64,000 nucleotides of DNA from the NCBI GenBank assembly GCA_964564675.1, contig CAZMBI010000008.1:23988-87987 (forward strand), read 5' to 3'. Shown one piece after another: positions 1 through 8,315 of the stretch. The stretch is from an uncultured Azospirillaceae bacterium. Lineage in GTDB: Bacteria > Pseudomonadota > Alphaproteobacteria > Rickettsiales > UBA3002. A program made the translations under genes and the position numbers. Every line of letters begins with the position of its first letter. Position 1 is the first letter of the stretch. The notes under the pieces were generated by a model that made no database searches, was not told where the DNA came from, and saw nothing but the letters and a program-made list of their open reading frames with translations.

Positions 1-86
1 CGGCTGTATTCGATATCGGAGCGCACGGCCAGAGGCAGTTCGCTCATCATGGCCAAAGCCGCCAGCGCGGCACCTGTTGCAATCAT
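1..86 (-). CDS. Partial CDS (5' end only, runs off the window start); product unknown
   Basis: Minus-strand ATG at 84-86 with a purine-rich AAAGAAAGG shortly upstream. The frame stays open to position 1. The encoded MIATGAALAALAMMSELPLAVRSDIEYS looks like a signal/TM segment. Too short for the ORF track. Confidence 0.3.
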   Translation of the reverse strand, partial: MIATGAALAALAMMSELPLAVRSDIEYS

Positions 87-169
87 GGTATGTACCTTTC
101 TTTACTTTTTGTTGTACGGAGTATAGCGGCTTTTCCTTCGCGGATCAAAGCCAACCGGCGGCGCCAGTC

Positions 170-919
170 TCAGGCGCTCATGCCGCGTGCGGCCTGATAG
201 AAGGCGATCGCCGCGGCGTTGGAGACATTGAGGCTTTCCATTTCGCCGCGGATGGGTATGGAGACGATCAGATCGCACTGCTCGGCGCTTAAGCGGCGCA
301 GGCCGCGCCCTTCGGCGCCCAGCACCAGGCAAAGCGGCGCCAATTCGCCCACGGTCGCCACCGGTCGGCTGCCACCGGCGTCAAGCCCGGCAATCCAGTA
401 ATCCGCCTTTTTCAGCACTTTCAGCGTGCTGGACAGATTGGTCACGCGCACCAGCGGCACCCGCTCCAGCGCGCCGCTGGCGGCCTTAGCCATCACCGCG
501 CTTTCCGCCGGCGCATGGTCTTTGGGCAGGATGAGGGCGGCAATACCGAACGCCGCTGCCGAGCGCAGGATGGCTCCGACATTGTGCGGATCGGTAATCT
601 GATCGAGCGCGGCCAGCGTACCGGCGCCTATCACCTGCTCAAGCGCTACGGGATCAAGCGGCTCCACCTCGAGGGCGACTCCCTGATGCACGGCTCCTTC
701 CGGCAGCAGCCGCGCCAGCCGGTCGCCGTCTACCGGCTCAGGCGTCACCCGGCCTTTAAGCCAGTCGGTATCGGCGTGTTTCATCACCACCGCGCGGCGG
801 ATGGTGCGCGCCGGATTGGCCGCTGCCGCCGCACAGGCATGCTGACCATATAGCCAGTAAGTCAACGGGCGTTTGGTTTTATGCGATCTGTTCGGCTTTT
901 TCGGCTGCGAACGGCTCAT
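170..919 (-). CDS. rlmB: SpoU/TrmH-family RNA 2'-O-methyltransferase (RlmB-like)
   Basis: 249-aa ORF with SPOUT motifs (ITDPHNVGAILRSAAAFG, LVLGAEGRGL, IPIRGEMESLNVSNAAAI). Its start overlaps the stop of the upstream remnant (ATGA). Confidence 0.85.
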   Translation of the reverse strand: MSRSQPKKPNRSHKTKRPLTYWLYGQHACAAAAANPARTIRRAVVMKHADTDWLKGRVTPEPVDGDRLARLLPEGAVHQGVALEVEPLDPVALEQVIGAGTLAALDQITDPHNVGAILRSAAAFGIAALILPKDHAPAESAVMAKAASGALERVPLVRVTNLSSTLKVLKKADYWIAGLDAGGSRPVATVGELAPLCLVLGAEGRGLRRLSAEQCDLIVSIPIRGEMESLNVSNAAAIAFYQAARGMSA

Positions 920-1875
920 GAGGCCGGCTCCTGATGAATCATGATATCGGCACGCGGAAAGGCTGCGCGCAAATCCGCTTCCAGCGCGTCGGTTAAGGCA
1001 TGCGCCTCGGCCAGTAATTCGCGCGCCGACTCGACGATGACCAGCAGCATCATGCCGAGCATAAAGGTGAACTGGGCAAGGCCGACAATATCCTCGATAC
1101 TGTTATGGCCGAAGCGGTGTTCTTCATCGGCGGGCCTGAGCGCATAGCGCACGGCGAACAGATTGAGCCCCGACATGCCGACATCGAACAGCGAATCCAG
1201 CAGCCAGGAAAGCAGGTTGGTCGCCTCCGTCTTAATCTCACCCGGGGCGCTTTATGCGTTGGTGAAGCATTAGGTTATCCTTCACCATTGCGCTAAACAC
1301 ATTTAGCGGCCGTTGATTTTAGGCCCACCTTTTTCAATCGGAGGGAGAGCCTGTGATTCAATACCCTGTTCCGCAAGATTCTCCTGACGCTGCTTATCAT
1401 TATCACGCAAACGCTGTAGATTATCAGGTTGAGTAAAGTATTCGCGAATATTTCCGATATAAGTTTCTTCATTTTCGGCTGCAAGCTTAGGGTCTAATCC
1501 AAACCCGCTATCTTGCCGCATCGATTCAAGGTTACTGTAAACTTGTGCATCAACCAGCAAACGATCTGCTTCGCTTAATTGTTCATAGTCAGACATACTA
1601 CCCTCTTTTTTTATTTAATCAATTGATAAAGCCTATTTTTATATCTTCCACAAAATACGGATAATTGTCAATAATAAACAGATAGGCGATTAATAAAAAG
1701 TTAATGCGTGCTCAAAGAACCGGTAATAGCCCCAGAGCTTGGCCACCACCAGCAGGGCTGCTGCCGCCACCGCCAGCGCGGTGACGCGTCTGAGCGCCGG
1801 CGCCGCCTCCTGCATTGGCGCAAGATACGGCGATTGCTCCGCCACGCCCCCGGCCTGCCCCTTAATCGTTGACAT
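916..1875 (-). pseudogene. Cation diffusion facilitator (FieF-like) gene, disrupted. N-terminal piece about 1723-1875, AT-rich insertion about 1252-1722, C-terminal piece 916-1251 with a large in-frame internal deletion.
   Basis: ORF 1690..1875 encodes RRVTALAVAAAALLVVAKLWGYY (CDF TM1-like), then runs into AT-rich DNA and stops. The frame of ORF 916..1176 is open up to 1251 and reads TEATNLLSWLLDSLFDVGMSGLNLFAVRYALRPADEEHRFGHNSIED (CDF TM2-3 signature). It then jumps straight to the CDF C-terminal end AEAHALTDALEADLRAAFPRADIMIHQEP. Confidence 0.7.
1303..1596 (-). CDS. Hypothetical acidic 97-aa protein encoded inside the AT-rich insertion that splits the CDF gene
   Basis: Only long ORF in the AT-rich segment. 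No recognisable motif and no signal peptide. Confidence 0.45.
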   Translation of the reverse strand: MSDYEQLSEADRLLVDAQVYSNLESMRQDSGFGLDPKLAAENEETYIGNIREYFTQPDNLQRLRDNDKQRQENLAEQGIESQALPPIEKGGPKINGR

Positions 1876-1985
1876 ATCCGGGCTTATACAGTAGCACGGA
1901 GCCCCTTACTATTCGTTTTTTTATAAAGGCGAATGTGACGAATCCGGCGTCGCCGTGTCCTATGCGACCCGGCAACGCATGCATC

Positions 1986-2070
1986 GGAGGGGTGGCTGAG
2001 CGGTCAAAAGCAGCGGACTGTAAATCCGCCGGATTTTCCTACGTAGGTTCGAATCCTACCCCCTCCACCA
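1986..2070 (+). tRNA. tRNA-Tyr (anticodon GTA), long variable arm, CCA encoded
   Basis: Acceptor stem GGAGGGG/CCCCTCC; anticodon arm GCGGA-CTGTAAA-TCCGC; T arm TAGGTTCGAATCCTA; 3' ACCA. Confidence 0.95.
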
Positions 2071-2092
2071 TTTGAACGGCGTTGTCTGTATG

Positions 2093-2164
2093 TTATAGCC
2101 GATACGCCAGCCCGACGCCGACAATCCACGGGTCCAGATTGACATCGCCGCGTAGCGGGCGTCT
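2093..2164 (-). pseudogene. Relic of the last beta-strand of an OmpW-family outer-membrane protein gene
   Basis: The minus strand reads RRPLRGDVNLDPWIVGVGLAYRL-stop, resembling the OmpW C-terminus (..RLDPWVF..GYRF). An in-frame stop lies immediately upstream, so only about 23 codons survive. Confidence 0.3.
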
Positions 2165-2215
2165 TTATGCGAAGCATAAAGTCAGTTAGCTATAAAGTCG
2201 GGTATCGGGTGTGGC

Positions 2216-2656
2216 TTACTGGTGCCATATCAGTACAGCCAGGCACAGCACGATAATGCCGGTGATGCGCCGGCGTAGGGTATAAAACCAGGCGGGCCAG
2301 ATAGCGGCGCGCCACAGCCGCCAGTCGAGCAGCAGCACATAGCAAAAGGCCAGCGCCAGCAACAGCAGCGACCCTGTGACCGGGGTGGCGAGCAGGCCGA
2401 TCCAGGCGGCCAGTGCGATGGCGTTACTGGTCAGCAGCAAAGGGCGCGGGCAGCGCGCGGCATATAACAGATACACCGCCCAGTGCATGCCGCTGAGAAA
2501 CGCCAGGATCACCGCAGCGTAGGTGCGCGCCAGCCAGGTCGCCGCCTCACTGCCGAGCATGGCGGCGGCGACAAAGGGCAGGGCGCCGGCATAGGTCAGC
2601 CATTGCGCGGTGCGTTGCGTGCGCTGTGTCTGCGGTTGCGGCAGCGTGTTGAGCAA
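2216..2656 (-). CDS. DUF3429-like small integral membrane protein
   Basis: Four hydrophobic segments with the motif FLSGMHWA. The SD GGAGGTGA lies 7 nt before the TTG at 2656. The ORF could instead start at ATG 2674, 2686 or 2716. Confidence 0.65.
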   Translation of the reverse strand: MLNTLPQPQTQRTQRTAQWLTYAGALPFVAAAMLGSEAATWLARTYAAVILAFLSGMHWAVYLLYAARCPRPLLLTSNAIALAAWIGLLATPVTGSLLLLALAFCYVLLLDWRLWRAAIWPAWFYTLRRRITGIIVLCLAVLIWHQ

Positions 2657-2766
2657 TAGATCACCTCCTCCCATACAGCGGCCCATTTTTTCCGCCAGGT
2701 AAATGCCCGTTTGCATACGGGACAGATTTTACGCGGCAGCGGCGGTTTGCGCGGCGCCTTAGCCAT
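2596..2766 (-). CDS. DUF2256 zinc-ribbon-like small protein
   Basis: Motif [29 protein letters not shown]. The start MAKAPRKPP overlaps the stop of the upstream gene (ATGGCTAA). Confidence 0.75.
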   Translation of the reverse strand: MAKAPRKPPLPRKICPVCKRAFTWRKKWAAVWEEVIYCSTRCRNRRHSARNAPRNG

Positions 2767-3175
2767 GGCCTGCATCGTGCCGCCGGGCGGTGGCTTTGGC
2801 GTGTTTCCAGTAAGCAAAAAAACGGCGAAATTCAGTATCCGTATCCAGCACTACCAGCGGTTCGTCGGGGATGACATGCACCGGCAGCGTCTCGCTCAAC
2901 TGCGCCGCCACCTGTTTGATAAACGGGTTGGGGCTGGCGGGAATCCACAGCGCCTGCGTCGGCTGTGCGCGCAGCATGTCAGCGGTGTTTCCGGCCAGAA
3001 TCGGGATTGCCAGCGCGCACAGTGTTTCATACAGAAACACCAGCCGCTTGAGGCTGTAGTGTTGCGCCCGTAGATAGGCATCGTCCCATATATGAACGGC
3101 CTGCGCCTCCGGTGCCCGGGCAAATACCGGATGATCCACACGCAGCGCGTCCTCATGCAGCCAGATCCGGTTCAT
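2759..3175 (-). CDS. Stand-alone photolyase N-terminal alpha/beta-domain-like protein (138 aa)
   Basis: The pattern [74 protein letters not shown] mirrors the photolyase N-terminal domain (WFRRDLRL.DNPAL ... FLLESL..L). ATGA overlap with the upstream FAD-domain gene. Confidence 0.6.
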   Translation of the reverse strand: MNRIWLHEDALRVDHPVFARAPEAQAVHIWDDAYLRAQHYSLKRLVFLYETLCALAIPILAGNTADMLRAQPTQALWIPASPNPFIKQVAAQLSETLPVHVIPDEPLVVLDTDTEFRRFFAYWKHAKATARRHDAGHG

Positions 3176-3963
3176 GCCGCCTCCCGCCGCGGGAACAGCC
3201 GCCGGTTCAGCGTGTCATAGCTGGCATCCAGCGGGGCATTGCGCGCCGGCGTGCAATCCACCAGCTCGCCGAAATATTTGCGCACATTCTCCAGATTGAA
3301 AATATAGGGCTTATTGGCAAAGGTGCTTGCAATCCATTGCCAGGAAAGGTTGTTGCTCGCCGGATCGCCGTCAAGCAGGTGATGCAGGAACCAGCGGGCG
3401 CCGGCTTGCCATTTCACGCGGCGGAAATGCACGACATAAGACGCCAGATACATCCGCGCGTGATTATGCACATAGCCGGTGTGGCGTAAGTCGTTTGCGA
3501 AATGGTCAATCACGGCGACGCCGGTTTGCCCAAAGGCGATGTCTTCGGGCAGTTCGTCGGCATAGTCGGCGGCGGTGAAACCGGTTTTATAGGCTTCGAT
3601 ATCCTGCCAGATCCATTGCGGATGCGCGTCGTATATCCGCTGCCAGAAATCGCGCCAGGCGAGCTCCTGCAGGAATTTCTCTATGTGCTGCGCCTTGTCG
3701 CAACGCTGCAATGCCTCATTACGCACGCGGTTTAAGCTCACAATACCGTGGCGGATATACGGCGAAAGCTGCGTCACCTTGCCGTCACCGAAATTACGGG
3801 TGCGGCCATAATCCAGCGGGTCGATAGCGGCCAGCCGGGCCTGCGCCTCGGCTGGACCGCCGCGCCAGTCGCTGGCCTCGCCTTCGGCCCACGGCGCCAG
3901 CTGTTTGACATGGGCGATCAGCGCCGCGCGGTCGGCGAAGTGCTGCGGCAGGGGCTCGGTCAT
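3172..3963 (-). CDS. Photolyase/cryptochrome C-terminal FAD-binding helical domain protein, lacking the N-terminal domain
   Basis: Motifs GGPAEAQARL, YGRTRNF..VTQLSPYIRHGIVS, ELAWRDFW, HNHARMYLASY, LLDGDPASNNLSWQWIAS. At 263 aa it matches roughly the last 60% of a class I photolyase. Confidence 0.8.
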   Translation of the reverse strand: MTEPLPQHFADRAALIAHVKQLAPWAEGEASDWRGGPAEAQARLAAIDPLDYGRTRNFGDGKVTQLSPYIRHGIVSLNRVRNEALQRCDKAQHIEKFLQELAWRDFWQRIYDAHPQWIWQDIEAYKTGFTAADYADELPEDIAFGQTGVAVIDHFANDLRHTGYVHNHARMYLASYVVHFRRVKWQAGARWFLHHLLDGDPASNNLSWQWIASTFANKPYIFNLENVRKYFGELVDCTPARNAPLDASYDTLNRRLFPRREAA

Positions 3964-4397
3964 GGCGCTTGCATCTCACGCTGGCGCATGGGCATGGCAT
4001 CGATCGTGGCAAACAGGTCGGCCACTGGCAGCATCGCGTGGCGGCGGATTTTTTCTTCGCCGTCCTTGCCCAGCAGGATCACCGTGAACGCCTCGCGGGC
4101 GATGCCAAAATGCTCATAAAAGGGCGGGGTGGACAAATGCGGCTTGGATTCGTCGTCCACCGTCACTGCGGTCTGATGCACCACGGTCCAGGTCACTATA
4201 TCGCGATCGGCCAGGCCTGCTTCGGCGTCGCTAAGCTGCGTGCGCATCGCCTCAAGCCGTGGGTCGTCACCTGCGGGGGCAAAGATCAGCAGGACCCGTT
4301 TCTCCCACAGATAGCCGTCCATGATTTTGGCGACATCGGCGGCCTCGCAGCCGGTAGCCAGCAGCAGCACGGCGGCGGCGGCGGCGATGGCCTTCAT
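3960..4397 (-). CDS. DUF4174-like lipoprotein
   Basis: Lipobox LLLATGC. Motifs RVLLIFAP, LADRDIV, FTVILLGKDGEEK. ATGA overlaps at both ends. Confidence 0.7.
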   Translation of the reverse strand: MKAIAAAAAVLLLATGCEAADVAKIMDGYLWEKRVLLIFAPAGDDPRLEAMRTQLSDAEAGLADRDIVTWTVVHQTAVTVDDESKPHLSTPPFYEHFGIAREAFTVILLGKDGEEKIRRHAMLPVADLFATIDAMPMRQREMQAP

Positions 4398-4777
4398 TGC
4401 GCCCGCCCTTTCAGCTGATGGCTTTCCAGCACGTGCAGCGGGATATATTTCAGCGCTTTTTCATGGGTGGATTCAAGCAAGACTGGCGGCGCTACATCCG
4501 CTTCATACGCTTCCAGCCAGCGCATCGCGCACAGGCACCAGCCGTCGCCGGCTTTCAGGCCGGGAAATTGCCACTCCGGCTTAGGGGTGATCAAATCGTT
4601 GCCGCGGCGCTTGCTGAATTGCAGGAATTCGTCGGTTACCATGGCGCACACCACGTGCGTACCCAGATCCTGGGCGTTGGTGCGGCAGAACCCGTCGCGG
4701 AAAAACCCGGTCATCGGCTCCTGGCAGCATAATTGCAGCGGATCGCCGAACACATTTTTTGCCTCATCATCAGCCAT
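4394..4777 (-). CDS. DUF2237 family protein
   Basis: Motifs NVFGDPLQLCC..PMTGFFRDGFCRT, THVVCAMVTDEFLQFS, GNDLITP, FPGLKAGDGWCLCAMRW. The start at MADDEAK (4777) has the SD AAGAGGA. The ORF is open up to 4885. Confidence 0.8.
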   Translation of the reverse strand: MADDEAKNVFGDPLQLCCQEPMTGFFRDGFCRTNAQDLGTHVVCAMVTDEFLQFSKRRGNDLITPKPEWQFPGLKAGDGWCLCAMRWLEAYEADVAPPVLLESTHEKALKYIPLHVLESHQLKGRAQ

Positions 4778-4881
4778 ACTATCCTCTTTTACCGTCCATA
4801 TAAGGGCGATCATGAACATTACCAAGAGGATTTTCGTCACGATCCGCTCCATCCTGTTTCGCAATCCTCTGCTTTCCGGTG

Positions 4882-6414
4882 TCACAGCGCATCCTCTTCC
4901 AGCCGCTCCAGCAGATGCCGCGCCTTGGTGCGTACGGCGCTTTTTTTATCCGCCGGCATTTTATCCCACGTACCGTAAATCAACGCCATGCGCTGGTTGC
5001 CACGCAAATGGGCGGCGTGTCGCGCCAGAAAGTCCCAGTACAACGCGTTGAACGGGCAGGCGTCCTCCTCGGTCAGCGCGTTCGGATTATAGGCGCATTG
5101 TGCGCAGAAATTCGACATGCGATTGATGTATTTACCGCTGGCAGCATAGGGTTTGGAGGCCATGATCCCGTCATCGCCGAACAGCGCCATACCGAGCGTG
5201 TTGGGCAGCTCCACCCATTCATAGGCATCGGCATACACGGCCAGATACCATTCGCACACCGCCTGCGGGTCAAGACCGGCCAGCAGCGCGAAATTGCCGG
5301 TGACCATCAGCCGCTGAATATGATGCGAATAGGCATGCTCGCGGGTATGGCGCACGGCTTCCGACAGGCAGAACATCTGCGTTGGCCCGCCCCAGTAAAG
5401 CGCCGGCAGCTTGCGTTGCGCATCGAGCGCGTTGAGTTCGGCATAATCCGGCATGTGGCGCCAGTAAATCCCGCGCACATACTCGCGCCAGCCGAGAATC
5501 TGGCGGATAAAGCCCTCCGCTGCGTTCAGCGGGGCGTCGCCCCGGCGATAGGCGTCCTCGGCCAGCTCGCACAGTTCAAGCGGCAATAACAGGCCGGCAT
5601 TGAGATACGCCGACAGCCGCGAATGATATAAAAATGGCTCGCCGGCGACCATCGCATCCTGATAATCGCCGAAATGCGGCAGTAAGCGGTCAATGAAATA
5701 GCGCGCATCCTGCCATGCGCCGTCGCGGGTGACGGCGAAGGCGAATCGCTCAAGCGAGCCGAAATGCGCGCCGAAATGTGCCTCAACCAGCTTAAGCACG
5801 GCGCTGGTCGCCGCATCCGGTGCGTGCGCTGGGCGCTTTGGCACCTGCATGCCGGCGGCGGGGGGTTTGCGATTTTGCGCGTCATAATTCCATTTGCCGC
5901 CGACCGGCTTATCGCCCTCCATCAAGATCGTATAGCGCCGACGCATCTGGCGGTAAAAAAACTCCATGCGCAGCTGTTTCTTGTCGCCGGCCCACTCGGC
6001 AAAGTCTGCGTGTGAGCATAAAAACCGATCATCGCGTCGTATCTCAACTGGCAGCTCCCACGTGCGCTGCCACTCGGCAAACTGCGTATATAATCGCCAT
6101 TCGCCGGGTTCGGTTACAATCAGCCGCTGCGGCTTAAGCGCCGTGATGGCGCGGGTTACCTCGCCGTGCAGATCGCCGCGATTGGCCGCATCATCGAGCG
6201 TCACATAGCGCACGCGGTGGCCCTGCGCGCGCAAGGTCTCGGCGAAATGGCGCATGGCGGCGAAAATAAAGGCGATTTTTTGCGGGTGGTGCGGCACGTA
6301 GCGGGCCTCCTGCATCACCTCGCACATCAGGATGGTGTCATCCGCCGCGCAATCGGCAAGCGTGGCAAGCGAGCTGCTGAGTTGGTCGCCCAGAATCAGC
6401 CGCAGCGCCGACAC
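4882..6414 (-). CDS. FeS-BCP type cryptochrome/(6-4) photolyase-related protein (CryB/PhrB-like)
   Basis: 510 aa with the N-terminus LRLILGDQL. It has the four-Cys pattern typical of the Fe-S cluster class: C in MFCLSEAV, then FCAQCAY (CxxC), then CPFNALYWDF. Confidence 0.85.
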   Translation of the reverse strand: MSALRLILGDQLSSSLATLADCAADDTILMCEVMQEARYVPHHPQKIAFIFAAMRHFAETLRAQGHRVRYVTLDDAANRGDLHGEVTRAITALKPQRLIVTEPGEWRLYTQFAEWQRTWELPVEIRRDDRFLCSHADFAEWAGDKKQLRMEFFYRQMRRRYTILMEGDKPVGGKWNYDAQNRKPPAAGMQVPKRPAHAPDAATSAVLKLVEAHFGAHFGSLERFAFAVTRDGAWQDARYFIDRLLPHFGDYQDAMVAGEPFLYHSRLSAYLNAGLLLPLELCELAEDAYRRGDAPLNAAEGFIRQILGWREYVRGIYWRHMPDYAELNALDAQRKLPALYWGGPTQMFCLSEAVRHTREHAYSHHIQRLMVTGNFALLAGLDPQAVCEWYLAVYADAYEWVELPNTLGMALFGDDGIMASKPYAASGKYINRMSNFCAQCAYNPNALTEEDACPFNALYWDFLARHAAHLRGNQRMALIYGTWDKMPADKKSAVRTKARHLLERLEEDAL

Positions 6415-6417
6415 GAG

Positions 6418-7128
6418 CTAGACTTTCAGCTTGGGGCGGACGGTGGACAGCCCGCCATCGACGCCGATCACCTGCCCGGTAATCCAGTCATTGGCCGGGT
6501 CGAGCAAAAAGACGATGGCGCGGGCGATATCCTCCGGTTTACCCAGCCGGCCGAGCGCATGCATGGCTTCGGAGAATTTGCGCGCTGTGTTATTGCCGGT
6601 GAGCTGTTCGGTCATCGGGGTTTCGGTCAACCCCGGCGCAATCGCGTTCACCCGCAAATGATTGCCGGCATAGGTGGCTGCTGCCGCCATGGTCAGGCCG
6701 ATCACCCCGCCCTTGGCGGCGGCGATCGCTTCGTGATTGGCAAAGCCGCCCATTGCCGCGGCGGAGGAAATCAGCACCACTGATCCGCCCTGGCTCATCT
6801 GTTTACCGGCCGCATGCAAGGTGGCAAACGCGGTGGTCAGCGAGGCGTCGATCACCGCCTGAAACTGGTCTTTGCTGGTTTGATGCGCTGATTTTAGCCA
6901 CAGCGACCCGGCGCAGGTGACCACGCCGTCAAGCCCGCCGAGCTGTTCGCCGGCCTGTTTAAACACGGCTAGCACCGCGTCGAAATCGGTGACATCCAGC
7001 GTCGCATCCGGTGTGATTTTACTGTCATCCCGTGCGGTGGTGAACACGTCATGCCCGCCATCACGCAACAGTTGCGTGGTGGCCTGGCCTATGCTGCTCG
7101 AGGCAGCGAGAATGAGATAATGTGCCAT
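6418..7128 (-). CDS. Short-chain dehydrogenase/reductase family protein
   Basis: Rossmann N-terminus LILAASSSIGQ and motif RVNAIAPGLTETPM. A canonical YxxxK tyrosine is not evident by eye (..FANHEAIAAAKGG..). The ORF is open to 7164. Confidence 0.8.
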   Translation of the reverse strand: MAHYLILAASSSIGQATTQLLRDGGHDVFTTARDDSKITPDATLDVTDFDAVLAVFKQAGEQLGGLDGVVTCAGSLWLKSAHQTSKDQFQAVIDASLTTAFATLHAAGKQMSQGGSVVLISSAAAMGGFANHEAIAAAKGGVIGLTMAAAATYAGNHLRVNAIAPGLTETPMTEQLTGNNTARKFSEAMHALGRLGKPEDIARAIVFLLDPANDWITGQVIGVDGGLSTVRPKLKV

Positions 7129-7429
7129 GCGCCAAGCGTTAGCGGATTCCTGCACGGGATGCAACCAGCTTTATTTGCGCCCGAATTTAACCCTCTTTAG
7201 AAATGATACAATTCAATTATTTGTCAAAGATCAAATCGGGCGCGTTGTCAGAAAAAGGCACAAAAAACGAGAATAGCTATTGGATATTAAACCTATGGTT
7301 GTGATTGCGGGGCAGTTGCAGTATAACCTGTAACGAAGCAACCGGGAGTGGAGCATTCCATTTTTCTTACCATCGGCGACGGTTTCAGCGCCACCGCATG
7401 CCGGCCAGACGGTAGCGGGCGAGTCGGCT

Positions 7430-7909
7430 TTGTGCCGTTCACGGCACATCTTTTATTGCCGCACGCTCGAGGATATCGACCGTCTGGTGCCCGTCATCGC
7501 CGCCTTATTCCCCGACCCGCAGCGCGTGCAGCTGGGTATCATCGAATTACTGGTCAACGCCGTTGAACACGGCAATCTTGGCATCGGCTATGCGCTGAAA
7601 ACCCATTTGATGCGTGAGGGCGGCTGGCACGAGGAAATCGCGCGCCGTTTCGGCCTGCCCCGCCAAGCCCATAAATATGTGGAGATTGTAGTATCTTACC
7701 ATACTGACGGGGTGTGTTTGCAGGTGACAGACAGCGGCGCCGGGTTTCACTGGCCTGCCTTTCTCCATAGCGAGCCGGGCGGCTCGCGCCGTTCGCATGG
7801 CCGCGGGATCGCCCTGGCCCGCCGCTTCAGTTTCGATCATCTGCGGTATAACGCGCGCGGTAATCAGGCCAGCGCCTGGGTTTACACTGCCCGTTATCGC
7901 CGCGATTAA
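7430..7909 (+). CDS. Stand-alone HATPase_c-like ATP-binding protein (RsbW/SpoIIAB-like anti-sigma kinase fold)
   Basis: N box ELLVNAVEHGN, G1 VTDSGAGF, G2 HGRGIALARR. TTG start; no in-frame ATG upstream. Confidence 0.65.
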   Translation: MCRSRHIFYCRTLEDIDRLVPVIAALFPDPQRVQLGIIELLVNAVEHGNLGIGYALKTHLMREGGWHEEIARRFGLPRQAHKYVEIVVSYHTDGVCLQVTDSGAGFHWPAFLHSEPGGSRRSHGRGIALARRFSFDHLRYNARGNQASAWVYTARYRRD

Positions 7910-7960
7910 CGTCAGTGAACGGGGCTTGCCTCACCGGCAAAAATCCGTAGTCTGCGCGCC

Positions 7961-8230
7961 GTGTTACTCTTTCATCACAGGTGGGTGATAAGCACCGGTT
8001 GGTTACTGGTTGCTGCGCTGGCAGTTGATCACGCTTCCGCCCAGCCGTATTACCGCCAGCTTAATCCGGACTACCGGCCACCGACCGTGATACTGCCACA
8101 TCGCCGCGCACCCCGGCCGGCTGCGCCGCCAACAACAACCTCGATACCGATGTGTATCTCAACATGGCATATGAATATTGATCCGCTGGTCTCATACACC
8201 TATTGCAGCCTAGATTTTCAGTATGCTTGA
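7961..8230 (+). CDS. Hypothetical small secreted Pro-rich protein
   Basis: Signal-like WLLVAALAVDHASAQ followed by a Pro-rich segment. No homology recognisable. Weak call. Confidence 0.25.
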   Translation: MLLFHHRWVISTGWLLVAALAVDHASAQPYYRQLNPDYRPPTVILPHRRAPRPAAPPTTTSIPMCISTWHMNIDPLVSYTYCSLDFQYA

Positions 8231-8315
8231 CAGTGTGTCATCATGGAAGGGATAAAATGCAGGCAGCGGTTAATATTTTTTTAGCTAGCAGCCGCTAAAA
8301 GTTAATGGCTATCCA

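Noticed and set aside
4879-5589. 236-aa plus-strand ORF, plus similar ORFs at 6166..6783 and 19276..20037
   Set aside because: They are antisense to the FeS-BCP photolyase, SDR and EamA genes respectively. They are low-complexity Arg/Gln/Gly-rich with no motifs.
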